A DNA stretch of 64,000 bases, taken from contig CAVVXK010000002.1 in the NCBI GenBank assembly GCA_963752185.1, positions 6,791,889 to 6,855,888 on the forward strand, written 5' to 3'. Below the pieces are notes generated by a model. It made no database searches. It saw only the letters and a program-made list of their open reading frames with translations, and was not told the origin of the DNA. A program made the translations under genes and the position numbers. This DNA comes from an uncultured Planctomycetaceae bacterium. GTDB lineage: Bacteria > Planctomycetota > Planctomycetia > Planctomycetales > Planctomycetaceae. Below, one piece after another: positions 49,229-58,667 of this stretch. Position 1 is the stretch's first letter, and the number at the start of each line of letters is the position of its first letter.

Positions 49229-50602
49229 ATGGTTCGTCCAGGACTCGCCAGCCCCATTCGGAGGAGTAGCACGTCCCTGGCACCTCTGGAAAACGTCAAC
49301 GTTCGCGAACTCCTGCTCGAGTCGCCGTCGTTTGGCCCCGAACAGGTTGAAAACCTGCGCCGCGCCATGTCGGGGGATCAGCTCGCCGTCGCCCGTCAAA
49401 GCTTCGCCGAGTTGCGCGATCAGGCCGAGGTCGAAAAGCCGGAACGCCGCGCCCTGATCGTGGCCGGGGTTCTCGCCTATTTGCTCGGCCAGCACCAATT
49501 GGCCTCTCGCTATTTGAGCCAGGTCTCCGGCGTGGGGATCGCCGACTATTACCGGGCGCTCGTTCTGCTCGGCCAAGAGAAATATGCCGAAGCCGCGCAG
49601 GCGTTTGAAGACGCCGCCAAGGACGGTTACGACCAGATTCAGTGCCGGCTCAGCAAGGCCGGCGCGATCCGCCTTTCCGGCCGGCTGGAAGATGCCGAAA
49701 AACTGTTGCGCGAGTCGGCCCGCGAAGGGGCGACGCGCGCCGAATACTCGTATCAGATGGGCTGCATCCGCGCCGATTACGGCGACATTTTCGGTGCGAT
49801 CGAGTATTTCGAGCGGGCGGTCGACATGGATCCGCACCACACGGCGGCCTTGTTCCGCCTCGCCAACGAAATGAACCTTTTGGGCAACGATTCCGAGGCG
49901 ATTCGCCTCTACGAGCAGGCCTTGTCGCGGCCGCCGTTTTACGTGAGCGCCCTGATTAACCTGGGGCTGCTCTACGAAGACACGGAGAACTATCCGGCCG
50001 CCGCGTTCTGTTTCCGCCGCGTGCTGCAGTTTTATCCGAATCATCAGCGGGCCCAGTTGTATCTCAAGGACATCGAAGCCGCCGGCAACATGTACTACGA
50101 CGAGGACGCGGCGCGGCAGCAACGCGAGCTCGAACAGGTCATGCGGATTCCGATCGGCGACTTCGAGCTTTCGGCCCGCAGCCGCAACTGCCTCGAGCGT
50201 GCCGGCATCGAGTCGCTGGGCGATCTGACGTCGATCAGCGAGCACGATCTGTTGTCGAGCAAGAATTTCGGCGAAACGTCGCTCCGCGAAATTCGCGAAA
50301 TTCTCAAGTCGCGGGGATTGGCGATCGGACAGTTCGCCTCGCGTTCGCCCTTGGCGGCGCCGGTGTTTCATCCCGAGACCATTTCGCCGCAAGAGCAGGC
50401 CGTGCTCGAAATGCCGGTCGGCGATCTCAACTTGTCGGTGCGGGCTCGGAAGTGCCTGTCGCGTCTCGGCCTGGTCAGCGTGGCCGATCTCACGGCGAAA
50501 ACGGCCGACGAATTGTTGTCGGTTCGCAATTTCGGCGTGACGTCGCTCAACGAAGTTCGCGCCAAGCTGACCGAGATGGGCATCCGTTTGCGGAACGACT
50601 AG
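49229..50602 (+). CDS. TPR-repeat protein with two C-terminal RNA polymerase alpha-subunit CTD-like (HhH) domains
   Basis: The central TPRs are AIEYFERAVDMDPHHTAALFRLANEM and NLGLLYEDTENYPAAAFCFRRVLQFYPNH. Two alpha-CTD-like modules follow: IPIGDFELSARSRNCLERAGIESLGDLTSISEHDLLSSKNFGETSLREIREIL and PVGDLNLSVRARKCLSRLGLVSVADLTAKTADELLSVRNFGVTSLNEVRAKL. Confidence 0.8.
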   Translation: MVRPGLASPIRRSSTSLAPLENVNVRELLLESPSFGPEQVENLRRAMSGDQLAVARQSFAELRDQAEVEKPERRALIVAGVLAYLLGQHQLASRYLSQVSGVGIADYYRALVLLGQEKYAEAAQAFEDAAKDGYDQIQCRLSKAGAIRLSGRLEDAEKLLRESAREGATRAEYSYQMGCIRADYGDIFGAIEYFERAVDMDPHHTAALFRLANEMNLLGNDSEAIRLYEQALSRPPFYVSALINLGLLYEDTENYPAAAFCFRRVLQFYPNHQRAQLYLKDIEAAGNMYYDEDAARQQRELEQVMRIPIGDFELSARSRNCLERAGIESLGDLTSISEHDLLSSKNFGETSLREIREILKSRGLAIGQFASRSPLAAPVFHPETISPQEQAVLEMPVGDLNLSVRARKCLSRLGLVSVADLTAKTADELLSVRNFGVTSLNEVRAKLTEMGIRLRND

Positions 50603-50664
50603 TGGTGCGACCACTCTGGATTGCGATGTCCGTTTTGCGGCACGAGCCGGGCATCGAACTTCTC

Positions 50665-50750
50665 GAAAGGCGAGGGCACCCGCCCTCGCACCTCTGAGCG
50701 CGGCGAGGGCAGGTGCCCTCGCCTTTCGGCCGATGAGTGGCACCCAAAAT
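50665..50750. repeat. Repeat family 2, copy 2
   Basis: cgaaaggcgagggcacccgccctcgcacctctgagcgcggcgagggcaggtgccctcgcctttcggccgatgagtggcacccaaaat aligns with 16905-16995. The stems are nested: aggcgagggcacc with ggtgccctcgcct, and gccctcgc with gcgagggc. Confidence 0.8.
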
Positions 50751-50814
50751 CGGCCGGTGTGTCTCACAATCGCGCACGGTCATTTAGGGGTCGCACGGGC
50801 GGCCGCCCCCGCGT

Positions 50815-51525
50815 ATGGATAGCGTGACGTCTCGAATCGCGGCCAATTATGCGGGGCTCGTCGAGCGAATCGCGGCGGCCTGCCGCCGCGCGGGACGCGC
50901 ACCGTCGGAGGTGCGGCTCGTCGCCGTCACCAAGTTGGCCGAAGTCGCGTGGATCGATGCGCTCGTGGCTTTGGGTGTGGGCGATCTGGCAGAAAGCCGT
51001 CCGCAGCAACTGTGCGAACGAGCCGCGCTGGTCGACCCTGCGGTCCGCTGGCATCTGATCGGGCAGTTGCAGCGGAACAAGGTCCGCAAGGTGCTGCCGG
51101 TGGCCGCCTGGATTCATTCGGTCGATTCGCTGCCGCTTTTACGGCGAATCGACGAGATCGCCGGCGAACTGGGCGTGCGTCCGCGGCTGCTGTTGGAAGT
51201 CAACGTGTCGGGCGAAGCGGCCAAGAGCGGCTTTCCACCGGGCCAACTGTGCGAGGCGTGGCCCGTCGTCGCGGCGGTCAAGAATGTCGAAGTCGCCGGG
51301 CTGATGACGATGGCTCCTCTTTTCGATTCGCCCGCAGCCGCGCGGCCGGTCTTTGCCGGTCTGCGCCTTTTGCGCGATCAATTGAAGAACCTCGATCAGG
51401 CCCTCCAACTGCCCGAGCTGTCGATGGGCATGAGCGGCGATTTCGAGGTGGCCGTCGAAGAGGGAGCGACGATGGTCCGCGTCGGCAGCAGCCTGTTTGA
51501 AGGGCTCGAAGGCGGCGATGATTGA
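50815..51525 (+). CDS. yggS: YggS family pyridoxal-phosphate-dependent protein (PLP homeostasis)
   Basis: VRLVAVTKLAEV, WHLIGQLQRNKVRKV, LLEVNVSGEAAKSGF, GLMTMAPL and LSMGMSGDFEVAVEEGATMVRVGSSLF. Confidence 0.9.
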   Translation: MDSVTSRIAANYAGLVERIAAACRRAGRAPSEVRLVAVTKLAEVAWIDALVALGVGDLAESRPQQLCERAALVDPAVRWHLIGQLQRNKVRKVLPVAAWIHSVDSLPLLRRIDEIAGELGVRPRLLLEVNVSGEAAKSGFPPGQLCEAWPVVAAVKNVEVAGLMTMAPLFDSPAAARPVFAGLRLLRDQLKNLDQALQLPELSMGMSGDFEVAVEEGATMVRVGSSLFEGLEGGDD

Positions 51526-51823
51526 TCTCGTCGAAACGGAGGGCGGAGTGATCGTGCCCGTGCGGGCTCAGCCCAAAGGCCGCCGCAACGCGATCGTCGG
51601 CACACACGCCGGCTGCCTGAAAATCGTGGTGACCGATCCGCCCGAAAAGGGAAAAGCCAACCAATCGATCGCCGGGATTCTCGCGGCGGCCCTCGAGATC
51701 GCTCCCTCGCGCGTCCAACTTATTGCCGGCTCAACCTCCGCGCAGAAGAAATTTCTCGTGACCGGACGATCGCTGGCGGCCGTTCGGGAGTTGCTGATGG
51801 CAGCTTTGGCGCCCGAATTGTGA
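51518..51823 (+). CDS. DUF167 (YggU-like) protein
   Basis: VPVRAQPKGRRNAIVGTHAGCLKIVVTDPPEKGKANQSIAGILAAAL...IAGSTSAQKKFLV. Its ATG overlaps the yggS stop (atgattga). Confidence 0.8.
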   Translation: MIDLVETEGGVIVPVRAQPKGRRNAIVGTHAGCLKIVVTDPPEKGKANQSIAGILAAALEIAPSRVQLIAGSTSAQKKFLVTGRSLAAVRELLMAALAPEL

Positions 51824-51900
51824 CGGCCCGTTGCCGCTGTTTTTTCTCGTTCGTATACTCGAACGAGAATCGACAACCGAGAATTAAACGGAGACTGGTC

Positions 51901-53274
51901 ATGACCGCCGCCACGCGCCGCACGCTGTGTTCCCTCTCTGGCTGTCTCGCCCTCTTGCTGCTCGGTGATTTGATCCAGGTGTCGGCCGGATCGTGGCCGA
52001 CCTGGCGCGGTCCAAACCGGGACGGCATTTCGCCCGAGAAGGGACTGCTCGATTCTTGGTCCGAACAAGGCCCGCCCCTCAAATGGAAGGCCAAAGGGCT
52101 CGGCAAGGGCTTTTCGAGCGTCTCGATCGACGGCGGTCGAATCTATACCATGGGCGCCGGACCAAGTGCCAAGACAAGTGCGAAAAAGGGTGCAGCGACG
52201 GCCAAGAAGGCCGGGCGCCGCGGCCGAGGTGGCAGCAGTCGCGGGGTCGGCAGTAACGGCGATTGTCACGTCGTCGCCCTCGATCTCAGCACGGGCAAGA
52301 CGATCTGGTCGACGGCGGTGGCCAAGGGAGATCCGAACTGCACGCCGACCGTCGACGGCGATCGCGTGTACGCGCTGGGCCGCAACGGTGAGCTTGCTTG
52401 CCTGGATGCGGCCGACGGCAAGATCGTGTGGGCCAAGGATCTCCAAAGCAACTTCGGCGGCAAAATGATGTCCGGGTGGGGCTACAGCGAGTCCCCCTTG
52501 GTCGACGGCGACAAACTGCTCTGCACACCCGGCGGGCGGGACGCGATGATCGTGGCCCTCGACAAACGCAGCGGCGAGACCATCTGGAAGGGGGCTGCTC
52601 CCGCCGACCTCGGTCAAGGCGGAGCCGACGGCGCGGGTTACTCGTCGATTGTCATCAGCCATGGGGCCGGCGTGAAACAATACGTCCAACTCGTGGGCCG
52701 CGGCATCGTCTCCTTCCGGGCGGAGGACGGCAAATTTCTCTGGAACTACAACCGCGTCGCCAACCAGGTCGCCAACATTCCGACGCCGCTCGTCGACGGA
52801 AATTACGTCTTTACTTCAACCGGCTACCAGGCCGGTGCTGCCCTGCTCGAACTGCACAAGCAGGGTGAAGACGGCGTCGCGGCCGACGAGGTCTACTTCC
52901 TGCCGGCGAGCAAGGTGCAAAACCATCATGGCGGCATGGTCCTCTTGGGCGGTTACGTCTACATGGGGACCGGACATAACAACGGCTTTCCGCTCTGCCT
53001 GGAGCTCAAAACCGGCAAGGTGATGTGGAACGGAGGACGCGGAGTGGGCACCGGCTCAGCAGCGATTCTGGAAGCCGACGGCGAACTCTACTTCCGTTAT
53101 CAAAACGGCATGATGGCCCTGGTCGAAGCGAATCCCGAGAAATACGTCCTCAAGGGCAAGTTCGATCTGGCGACGCATAACGGCGAGAGCTGGCCGCATC
53201 CGGTGATCGTCGACCATTGCCTTTACGTGCGCAATCAGGACGCGCTGCTCTGCTACGACATTGGCAAGCGGTAG
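51901..53274 (+). CDS. PQQ-like beta-propeller repeat protein (BamB-like fold), secreted
   Basis: Leader MTAATRRTLCSLSGCLALLLLGDLIQVSA followed by WPTWRGPNRDGISPEKGLLDSW, with repeated ...DGDRVYALG, DGKIVW and PLVDGD blades. Confidence 0.8.
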   Translation: MTAATRRTLCSLSGCLALLLLGDLIQVSAGSWPTWRGPNRDGISPEKGLLDSWSEQGPPLKWKAKGLGKGFSSVSIDGGRIYTMGAGPSAKTSAKKGAATAKKAGRRGRGGSSRGVGSNGDCHVVALDLSTGKTIWSTAVAKGDPNCTPTVDGDRVYALGRNGELACLDAADGKIVWAKDLQSNFGGKMMSGWGYSESPLVDGDKLLCTPGGRDAMIVALDKRSGETIWKGAAPADLGQGGADGAGYSSIVISHGAGVKQYVQLVGRGIVSFRAEDGKFLWNYNRVANQVANIPTPLVDGNYVFTSTGYQAGAALLELHKQGEDGVAADEVYFLPASKVQNHHGGMVLLGGYVYMGTGHNNGFPLCLELKTGKVMWNGGRGVGTGSAAILEADGELYFRYQNGMMALVEANPEKYVLKGKFDLATHNGESWPHPVIVDHCLYVRNQDALLCYDIGKR

Positions 53275-53301
53275 GGACGAAGCAGCGAATCGCGGCTGCC
53301 G

Positions 53302-54786
53302 TCAACCCTCGTTTCGCACGACCTTGCGGGGAGCGTCGCCGTCTTCCTTGGCTTTGCGCTGCCACTGGAAGAGGACGTGAATTTCGCGTCGCAGCTCGCG
53401 GAGCGTAATCGGCTGCACCATCACCCGTGAGGTGCGGGTCTGTTCGAGTTGCGGACGCAGGGCCGCCTGGCGCTCGGCCAACACGGCGATATTCACGAAC
53501 CGCTCGCCGTTGAGTCCGCGGATCTGGTCGTAGACGTCGACGATTTCCTCGCCGATCGAGTCGCCGATCAAGACGACGCAATCGGGCGGATCGGTGCGGA
53601 CGCGCGAGAGCGCCCGCCGGACGTCGTTAAACAGCAATACGCGAAAGCCGCGCCGCGAAAGGTAATCGCGGATGATGTCCTGTTGTTTCAAGCGGTGCTC
53701 GATGCACAGCACGGTCGGCAACGGGGGCTTGCCGTTGCGGGGCTGTTCCTCGGCGGCCGCCGGAGCCGGCCGGGTTCGACCCTCGAGTTCGGCGAGCACG
53801 GCCAGCGCTTCGGTGCGGACAAGTCCGGCTGACTGATACCGCTGCTCGGGCTGGATTTTCATCAGTCGCTCGACGATCTCGACCACGCCTTTGGGCACGT
53901 TCGGATCGACGCTGCGGACGGGCCGAATGCTCGAATAGCGCGTAAATTGCTTGCGCTCTTCGCGGCTGTGCGTGCGGGGGTAGGGGGGCACGCCGGTCAG
54001 CAGCTCGTAATAGATGCCGCCCAAGAAATACAGATCGCTGCGCGGATCGTTCGGCGGAGCGTTCGTGCCCCGTTCGAGCGTGGCGTATTCGAGGGCCCGC
54101 TGCAGGCTGTCGCCCCCCGCCTCGGAATCCATGACCTCGTCGCCGGCCAGGCCGAAGTCGACCAGCTTGGCGACCCCTTTGGTGGTCATCAGCACGTTGG
54201 TCAACTTGAGGTCGCGGTGCGTAACTCCCATGCGGGCCGCGTAATCGAGTCCGTCGGCCAGGTCGATCAGGCAGCGTGTCGCCTCGATGGCCGAGAGCTT
54301 CTTGCGAATGTTGAGGAAGTCGCGGAGGTTGCCCCCTTCGACAAATTCCATCGTGAAGTAGTGGCTGTCCCCCTGACTGGAGACATCGTAAATCGGCACG
54401 ATCTTTTCGTGGATCAGTTTCATCCCGAGATCGGCCTCGCGGCGGAAGAGCCGCACGATCCGCGGGTTGACGGCCCACCGCTGGCGGAGCACTTTGAGGC
54501 CGACCATGCGACCGTCGGTCAGCGAGGCGGCCCGAAACACGCGGGCAAAGCTTCCGGACGCGTTGCGGTACAGCAACTTGAAGTTGCCCAATACGAGCGC
54601 GTCCGACTCGCCTTTCTGCAGCTTACTGACTTGATAGGGGGTCAGCAGGTGGCGACTTTCGAGCGCACGCAGAAGATCGCCGGCACGGTCATCCCCGGGA
54701 GGAAGCCGCGATCGGAAATCCTCGAGCTGTTCTGGCTCAACAAGTCGCAGACGGACGAGAAGTTTTTGTAGCTCCTCGAGGGTCAT
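53302..54786 (-). CDS. Ser/Thr protein kinase with a C-terminal receiver-like domain
   Basis: Kinase motifs are GSFARVFRA, VGLKVL, HRDLKLTNVL and DFGLAGDE. The C-terminal 120 aa (PTVLCIEHRLKQQDIIRDYLSRRGFRVLLFNDVRRAL...DCVVLIGDSIG) resemble CheY-like beta-alpha alternation but carry EH in place of the acidic DD pair. Confidence 0.8.
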   Translation of the reverse strand: MTLEELQKLLVRLRLVEPEQLEDFRSRLPPGDDRAGDLLRALESRHLLTPYQVSKLQKGESDALVLGNFKLLYRNASGSFARVFRAASLTDGRMVGLKVLRQRWAVNPRIVRLFRREADLGMKLIHEKIVPIYDVSSQGDSHYFTMEFVEGGNLRDFLNIRKKLSAIEATRCLIDLADGLDYAARMGVTHRDLKLTNVLMTTKGVAKLVDFGLAGDEVMDSEAGGDSLQRALEYATLERGTNAPPNDPRSDLYFLGGIYYELLTGVPPYPRTHSREERKQFTRYSSIRPVRSVDPNVPKGVVEIVERLMKIQPEQRYQSAGLVRTEALAVLAELEGRTRPAPAAAEEQPRNGKPPLPTVLCIEHRLKQQDIIRDYLSRRGFRVLLFNDVRRALSRVRTDPPDCVVLIGDSIGEEIVDVYDQIRGLNGERFVNIAVLAERQAALRPQLEQTRTSRVMVQPITLRELRREIHVLFQWQRKAKEDGDAPRKVVRNEG

Positions 54787-55005
54787 CGAAGGTATCTAGG
54801 TTGCCCGTGTGCCGTGTCGTCACCGATTTGCGCGGTTCGGCCCACCACGATCAGCTCACGAAAGACGAAAAAAGAAAGAACGAATCAAAATAAAAACGGA
54901 GCCCGGCCCAGACTCGTGGTCAAAAGCGTGGCCCCGCCAATTGATCCTATCATGGTTTGTTGACCGTTCAAGAAGAAATGAGCGGCCCGAGGGGCGAACG
55001 CGCAA

Positions 55006-56187
55006 TTAAACAGCAATGCTGGCTGACGGAATCGTTCCGAACTGCAGGGTCCCCGCCGCCACGGTCGCGGTCACGTCCAGCGATCGGCCCGCGGCGGGAA
55101 AGTTGAACAAGAACAGATCGGCTCGCGCCCCGCGGCGGAGCCTGATTTCTTCGAACCCAAGCAGGCGGGCCGGGTTGCGTCCTGCCATGTCCACCGCCTC
55201 TGGTAAGGGAATCCCCGCCTGGCGCACGGCTTCGACCACGCATTGACCGCTCTCGGCCCCTGAGCCGGCGAGGAATTGCCGCTGCCCGGCGACGACGATT
55301 CGGCCATCGTCGAGAATTTCCATCTGCATCGGCCCCTCGGTATAGATTCCCGGCGGGCATCCCGCGAGACCGGCCGCATCGCAGGTCAAAATCACGTTTC
55401 GCGTCGATTTGGTGCGCAGGATCGATCTGAGCACGGAGGCCGGGAGATGGTGACCGTCGGCGATCACGCTGGCCGATAAACGGGGATCGCCGAGCTGTTC
55501 CCAAATGTAATTCGGGTGCCGCCGGATCATTCCGTGGGCGCCATTTCCCAAATGGGTGCTCAGCCGAGCGCCGGCATCGACCGCCGCGGCAATCTGTTCC
55601 GGCTCGGCGGCGGTATGGCCGATCGAAATCACCACCCTTTCGGCCACAGCTCGGCGGATAAACTCGATGGCGCCGGGCAGCTCGGGGGCGAGCGTCACGA
55701 GCCGGATGCGGCCGCCGGAAATCTGCTGCAGTTTCTCGAATTCGTTCCAATCCGGAGGCCGGACGAACTCACGCGGATGTGCGCCGCGCGGACCGTCCTC
55801 CCCGCTGATGTAGGGCCCTTCGAGATGGCAGCCGGGAACCAGGCGGTCGGCCCAGCGCTCTCGCTCGCACGCCTCGCGGATGGCGGCAAATCCTCCGGCG
55901 AGTCCCTCGAAGGAATTCGTGATCAGCGTCGGACAGAGTCGCGTGACGCCGAACCGAAAGTGAGAGTTGAGCACGCCGAGCACTTCGTCAGCCGTGATGC
56001 CCGTCTTGCCGAACCAAATGCCGCCGCGCCCGTTAATCTGCAGGTCAAACAAACCGGGCGCGACATAGGGCCACGCTGCCGAGCCCCGCGGCGGCCAGGC
56101 CGGTTCGATCGCGGCGATGCGCTCGCCGTCGATGTGGATTTGCACCGGCTCGCCGTTTTCGTAGTGACGCCCGTGAACGGTGAGCAT
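55006..56187 (-). CDS. nagA: N-acetylglucosamine-6-phosphate deacetylase-like amidohydrolase
   Basis: DLQINGRGG, CHLEGPYIS, ISIGHTAAEPEQI, STHLGNG and VILTCDA follow the NagA motif order. Confidence 0.75.
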   Translation of the reverse strand: MLTVHGRHYENGEPVQIHIDGERIAAIEPAWPPRGSAAWPYVAPGLFDLQINGRGGIWFGKTGITADEVLGVLNSHFRFGVTRLCPTLITNSFEGLAGGFAAIREACERERWADRLVPGCHLEGPYISGEDGPRGAHPREFVRPPDWNEFEKLQQISGGRIRLVTLAPELPGAIEFIRRAVAERVVISIGHTAAEPEQIAAAVDAGARLSTHLGNGAHGMIRRHPNYIWEQLGDPRLSASVIADGHHLPASVLRSILRTKSTRNVILTCDAAGLAGCPPGIYTEGPMQMEILDDGRIVVAGQRQFLAGSGAESGQCVVEAVRQAGIPLPEAVDMAGRNPARLLGFEEIRLRRGARADLFLFNFPAAGRSLDVTATVAAGTLQFGTIPSASIAV

Positions 56188-56221
56188 GACGGCGATGGGC
56201 CAGTGGGGTCGGCGAAAGGCC

Positions 56222-56965
56222 TTATTTGGCCGAAATGGCTTGCTGCAGCGGACGCAGCACGTGGTCGATCACGTACGAGTGCATCAGCTCGTCGCAGTGA
56301 TCGCGGAGCTTGTGCAGCGTCTTCTCGAAGGAGTCGACCCCCTCGAGACTGCCATACTGGCGCACGGTGAAGTACACGCTGATCTGATCGTCCGGAAACT
56401 CGCCGCGGCGAACCTGGTAGGCATTCGTGCGCGTTTCGATCATCAGCCGCGCTTGCCGACGGCAGGTTTCGTCGAGGCTGATGGTGATCGACGGCTCGTA
56501 GTTGAGGACCTTTGCGTCGGCGATGTTGATGATGCCGTCAAGGGCGGGGCCGGCGCCGATCGCCTCGGCCACTAATTCGTCGTGGTTGCCGCGATAGCTG
56601 AAGTCGAAGCCCATCATGTAGTCGAGCGCCTCGCACTCGATGGGGCTCACGGACAGCATGTAGGGGACGAGTCGCAACACGAGCGCGTGCTGCTCGAAGG
56701 CCGAATCGACTTCGGCCGGATCGATCACGCCGCTGCAGATCCGCCGCGGTTCGAGGGAAATCCAGCGTTGATGCGGGTTGTCCTTGTCTTCTTCGAGAAC
56801 AAAGTCCCCATTCTCGCGCGTGTAAAAGTTTCGCATGCTGGGGTATTGTTTCTGCACACGCTCGAAGAAGCCCAGCACCGTTTCCCGTCCCTGCGGTAGA
56901 GTCATTTCCGTGTTGAGGTTGACGTTGATGTAATAATCGTCCGCCACCGAGGTGTAAGCGTTCAT
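56222..56965 (-). CDS. Conserved-looking hypothetical protein (247 aa)
   Basis: A clean ORF with balanced composition, 34 bp upstream of nagA on the same strand. I recognised no motif. Confidence 0.55.
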   Translation of the reverse strand: MNAYTSVADDYYINVNLNTEMTLPQGRETVLGFFERVQKQYPSMRNFYTRENGDFVLEEDKDNPHQRWISLEPRRICSGVIDPAEVDSAFEQHALVLRLVPYMLSVSPIECEALDYMMGFDFSYRGNHDELVAEAIGAGPALDGIINIADAKVLNYEPSITISLDETCRRQARLMIETRTNAYQVRRGEFPDDQISVYFTVRQYGSLEGVDSFEKTLHKLRDHCDELMHSYVIDHVLRPLQQAISAK

Positions 56966-57178
56966 GAATGCGACCTCAAAAGGAGTGCGGGCAGGAAATC
57001 GATCGCCGGTTCCTTCGCACGTTCAAGTAGACGACGGTGACTCGCGCGTGAGTCCACACCGTCCACTTTCAACGCACGAATCATGCAATTCCTGCACGCT
57101 GGCGTCTTCACCGACGGCCTCCGGGCTGCCGGCGACCGTCCTCAGGATCGTCCGCTTAATTCTATAGGGAGCCTACCG

Positions 57179-57768
57179 ATGGGTCAAAGATTGGTCACGC
57201 GACCGGCACGCCGGGCAACTTCTCGTCCTGACAGTGCCGAGGTTCCTCCGGTTTCGCTGTCCATTTTTGAGACCGAGATGGGTTGGTTCGGCCTGATCGG
57301 GCAAGGGGACGTCGTCTTACGTATCTTGATTGGACACGCCTCCGCGGAGCAGGTTCGTTCGGCCGCCGCCCGCGCGGTCAAGACAATCGCCGGCGGCACA
57401 GCATCAACCGAGAGCGATTGGAACCCGAAACTGCGCCGCAAGCTGCAGGACTTCGCCCGCGGTATTCCCACCGATTTTTCCGAAGTCAAACTCGAACTCG
57501 GACGGACCACTCCGTTTCGCAAACGCGTCATCGAAGCCACGCGCAAGATCCGATACGGGCGCACACTGGCTTACGGTGAACTGGCGGCGAAAGCCGGCAG
57601 TCCGGCGCGGCGCGTGCCATCGGCACTGCGATGGCGACAAATCTTTTTCCCATTATCGTTCCCTGCCACCGCGTGATTGCCAGCGGCGGAGCGATCGGCG
57701 GCTTTTCCGCGCCGCATGGTATCGAACTCAAAAAACGACTTTTAGACATGGAGGCGGAGGCGCGCTGA
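57179..57768 (+). CDS. ogt: Methylated-DNA--protein-cysteine methyltransferase, apparent 1-nt frame break at about 57604-57610
   Basis: ...TPFRKRVIEATRKIRYGRTLAYGELAAKAGSP is followed in the next frame by ARAIGTAMATNLFPIIVPCHRVIASGGAIGGFSAPHGIELKKRLLDMEAEAR. The active site is PCHRV and the stop is at 57766-57768. Confidence 0.85.
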
Positions 57769-57837
57769 CAGCGGTATAATCAAGCTGCGTCGTCAACGCG
57801 TCGCCACTGTAATCGGGAAACGGTGAACGGAAGTCTG

Positions 57838-58380
57838 ATGAGCGTCGGATTCGCGAGACCCAACAGCTCTCGATTGGTGCTGCACGTCTACGGGCGGTCG
57901 GTGCACCCCGAGTTGTTTCACGTCTATGCCGAGACGGAAGTCGCGCAAGACGCGTACTCTGCCGTGCTCCGTATTTGCGACGCGGGGCACCTGATCGCCT
58001 TTCGCTACGACGGCCACACGATCACCGAAGTGACGGCCAGTCGCGATCAACTCTTGCCGCAGAAAAAACGCTGCCTCGAAAAATCGCTCCGCGGCTGTCG
58101 CGACGAATCGGTGCGTTTCGACGGCGGGCTGCGCTACTGCGTGAGCTATCAATTGGAGCGCCTCGATCCAGGTGTCTTCCTCAATTTTCATGAAGAGCTG
58201 CTCACCGACTGCAAGCGGGCGACTGTCTGCCACCGCTTCCCGGCGGACAGCCGGCTCGCACCGGAACCACTGAGCCTGGTGCGGACCGAGGCGGGAGCAA
58301 AGAGCCTGTTGGTGCACGCGTTTCACACGTTTCCCGACAGCTGCACCGTGCTCAAAACTCAGTCGCTTTTCGAGCTTTAA
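57838..58380 (+). CDS. Hypothetical protein (possibly DUF2617-like; not verified)
   Basis: A 180-aa ORF beginning MSVGFARPNSSRLVLHVYGRSVHPELFHVYAE. The GTG at 57823 is an alternative start. Confidence 0.5.
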   Translation: MSVGFARPNSSRLVLHVYGRSVHPELFHVYAETEVAQDAYSAVLRICDAGHLIAFRYDGHTITEVTASRDQLLPQKKRCLEKSLRGCRDESVRFDGGLRYCVSYQLERLDPGVFLNFHEELLTDCKRATVCHRFPADSRLAPEPLSLVRTEAGAKSLLVHAFHTFPDSCTVLKTQSLFEL

Positions 58381-58667
58381 CGCCCGATCGCGTAGTACCA
58401 TTCAGCGGGCCGCGTCCGTTTTTGCCGCCGACCGGTTCGCTTTGGCCTGGAAGTTGCGTAAGTTCGTGCGGCATTGCGATTTTGGCTCGGGATTTCCGTT
58501 GCGGCGAGGGGGCGATGCCTGAGTGCTTGGCTGGGGAAAGCGCCGAAGGAAACCGAGGGGCAATCAGGCACAATTTGTATAGGCTTGACCCCTCAAGATC
58601 CGGACATTTATTATTTAAGAGAGAAGCGGATGGGCAGTCCGCTGGGTGTCTCAATAGGGGGCGTTCG

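Noticed and set aside
53760-53800. A T-loop-like GGTTCGACC motif that could indicate a second tRNA.
   Set aside because: It lies inside the kinase coding sequence. No acceptor, D-arm or anticodon stem can be built around it.
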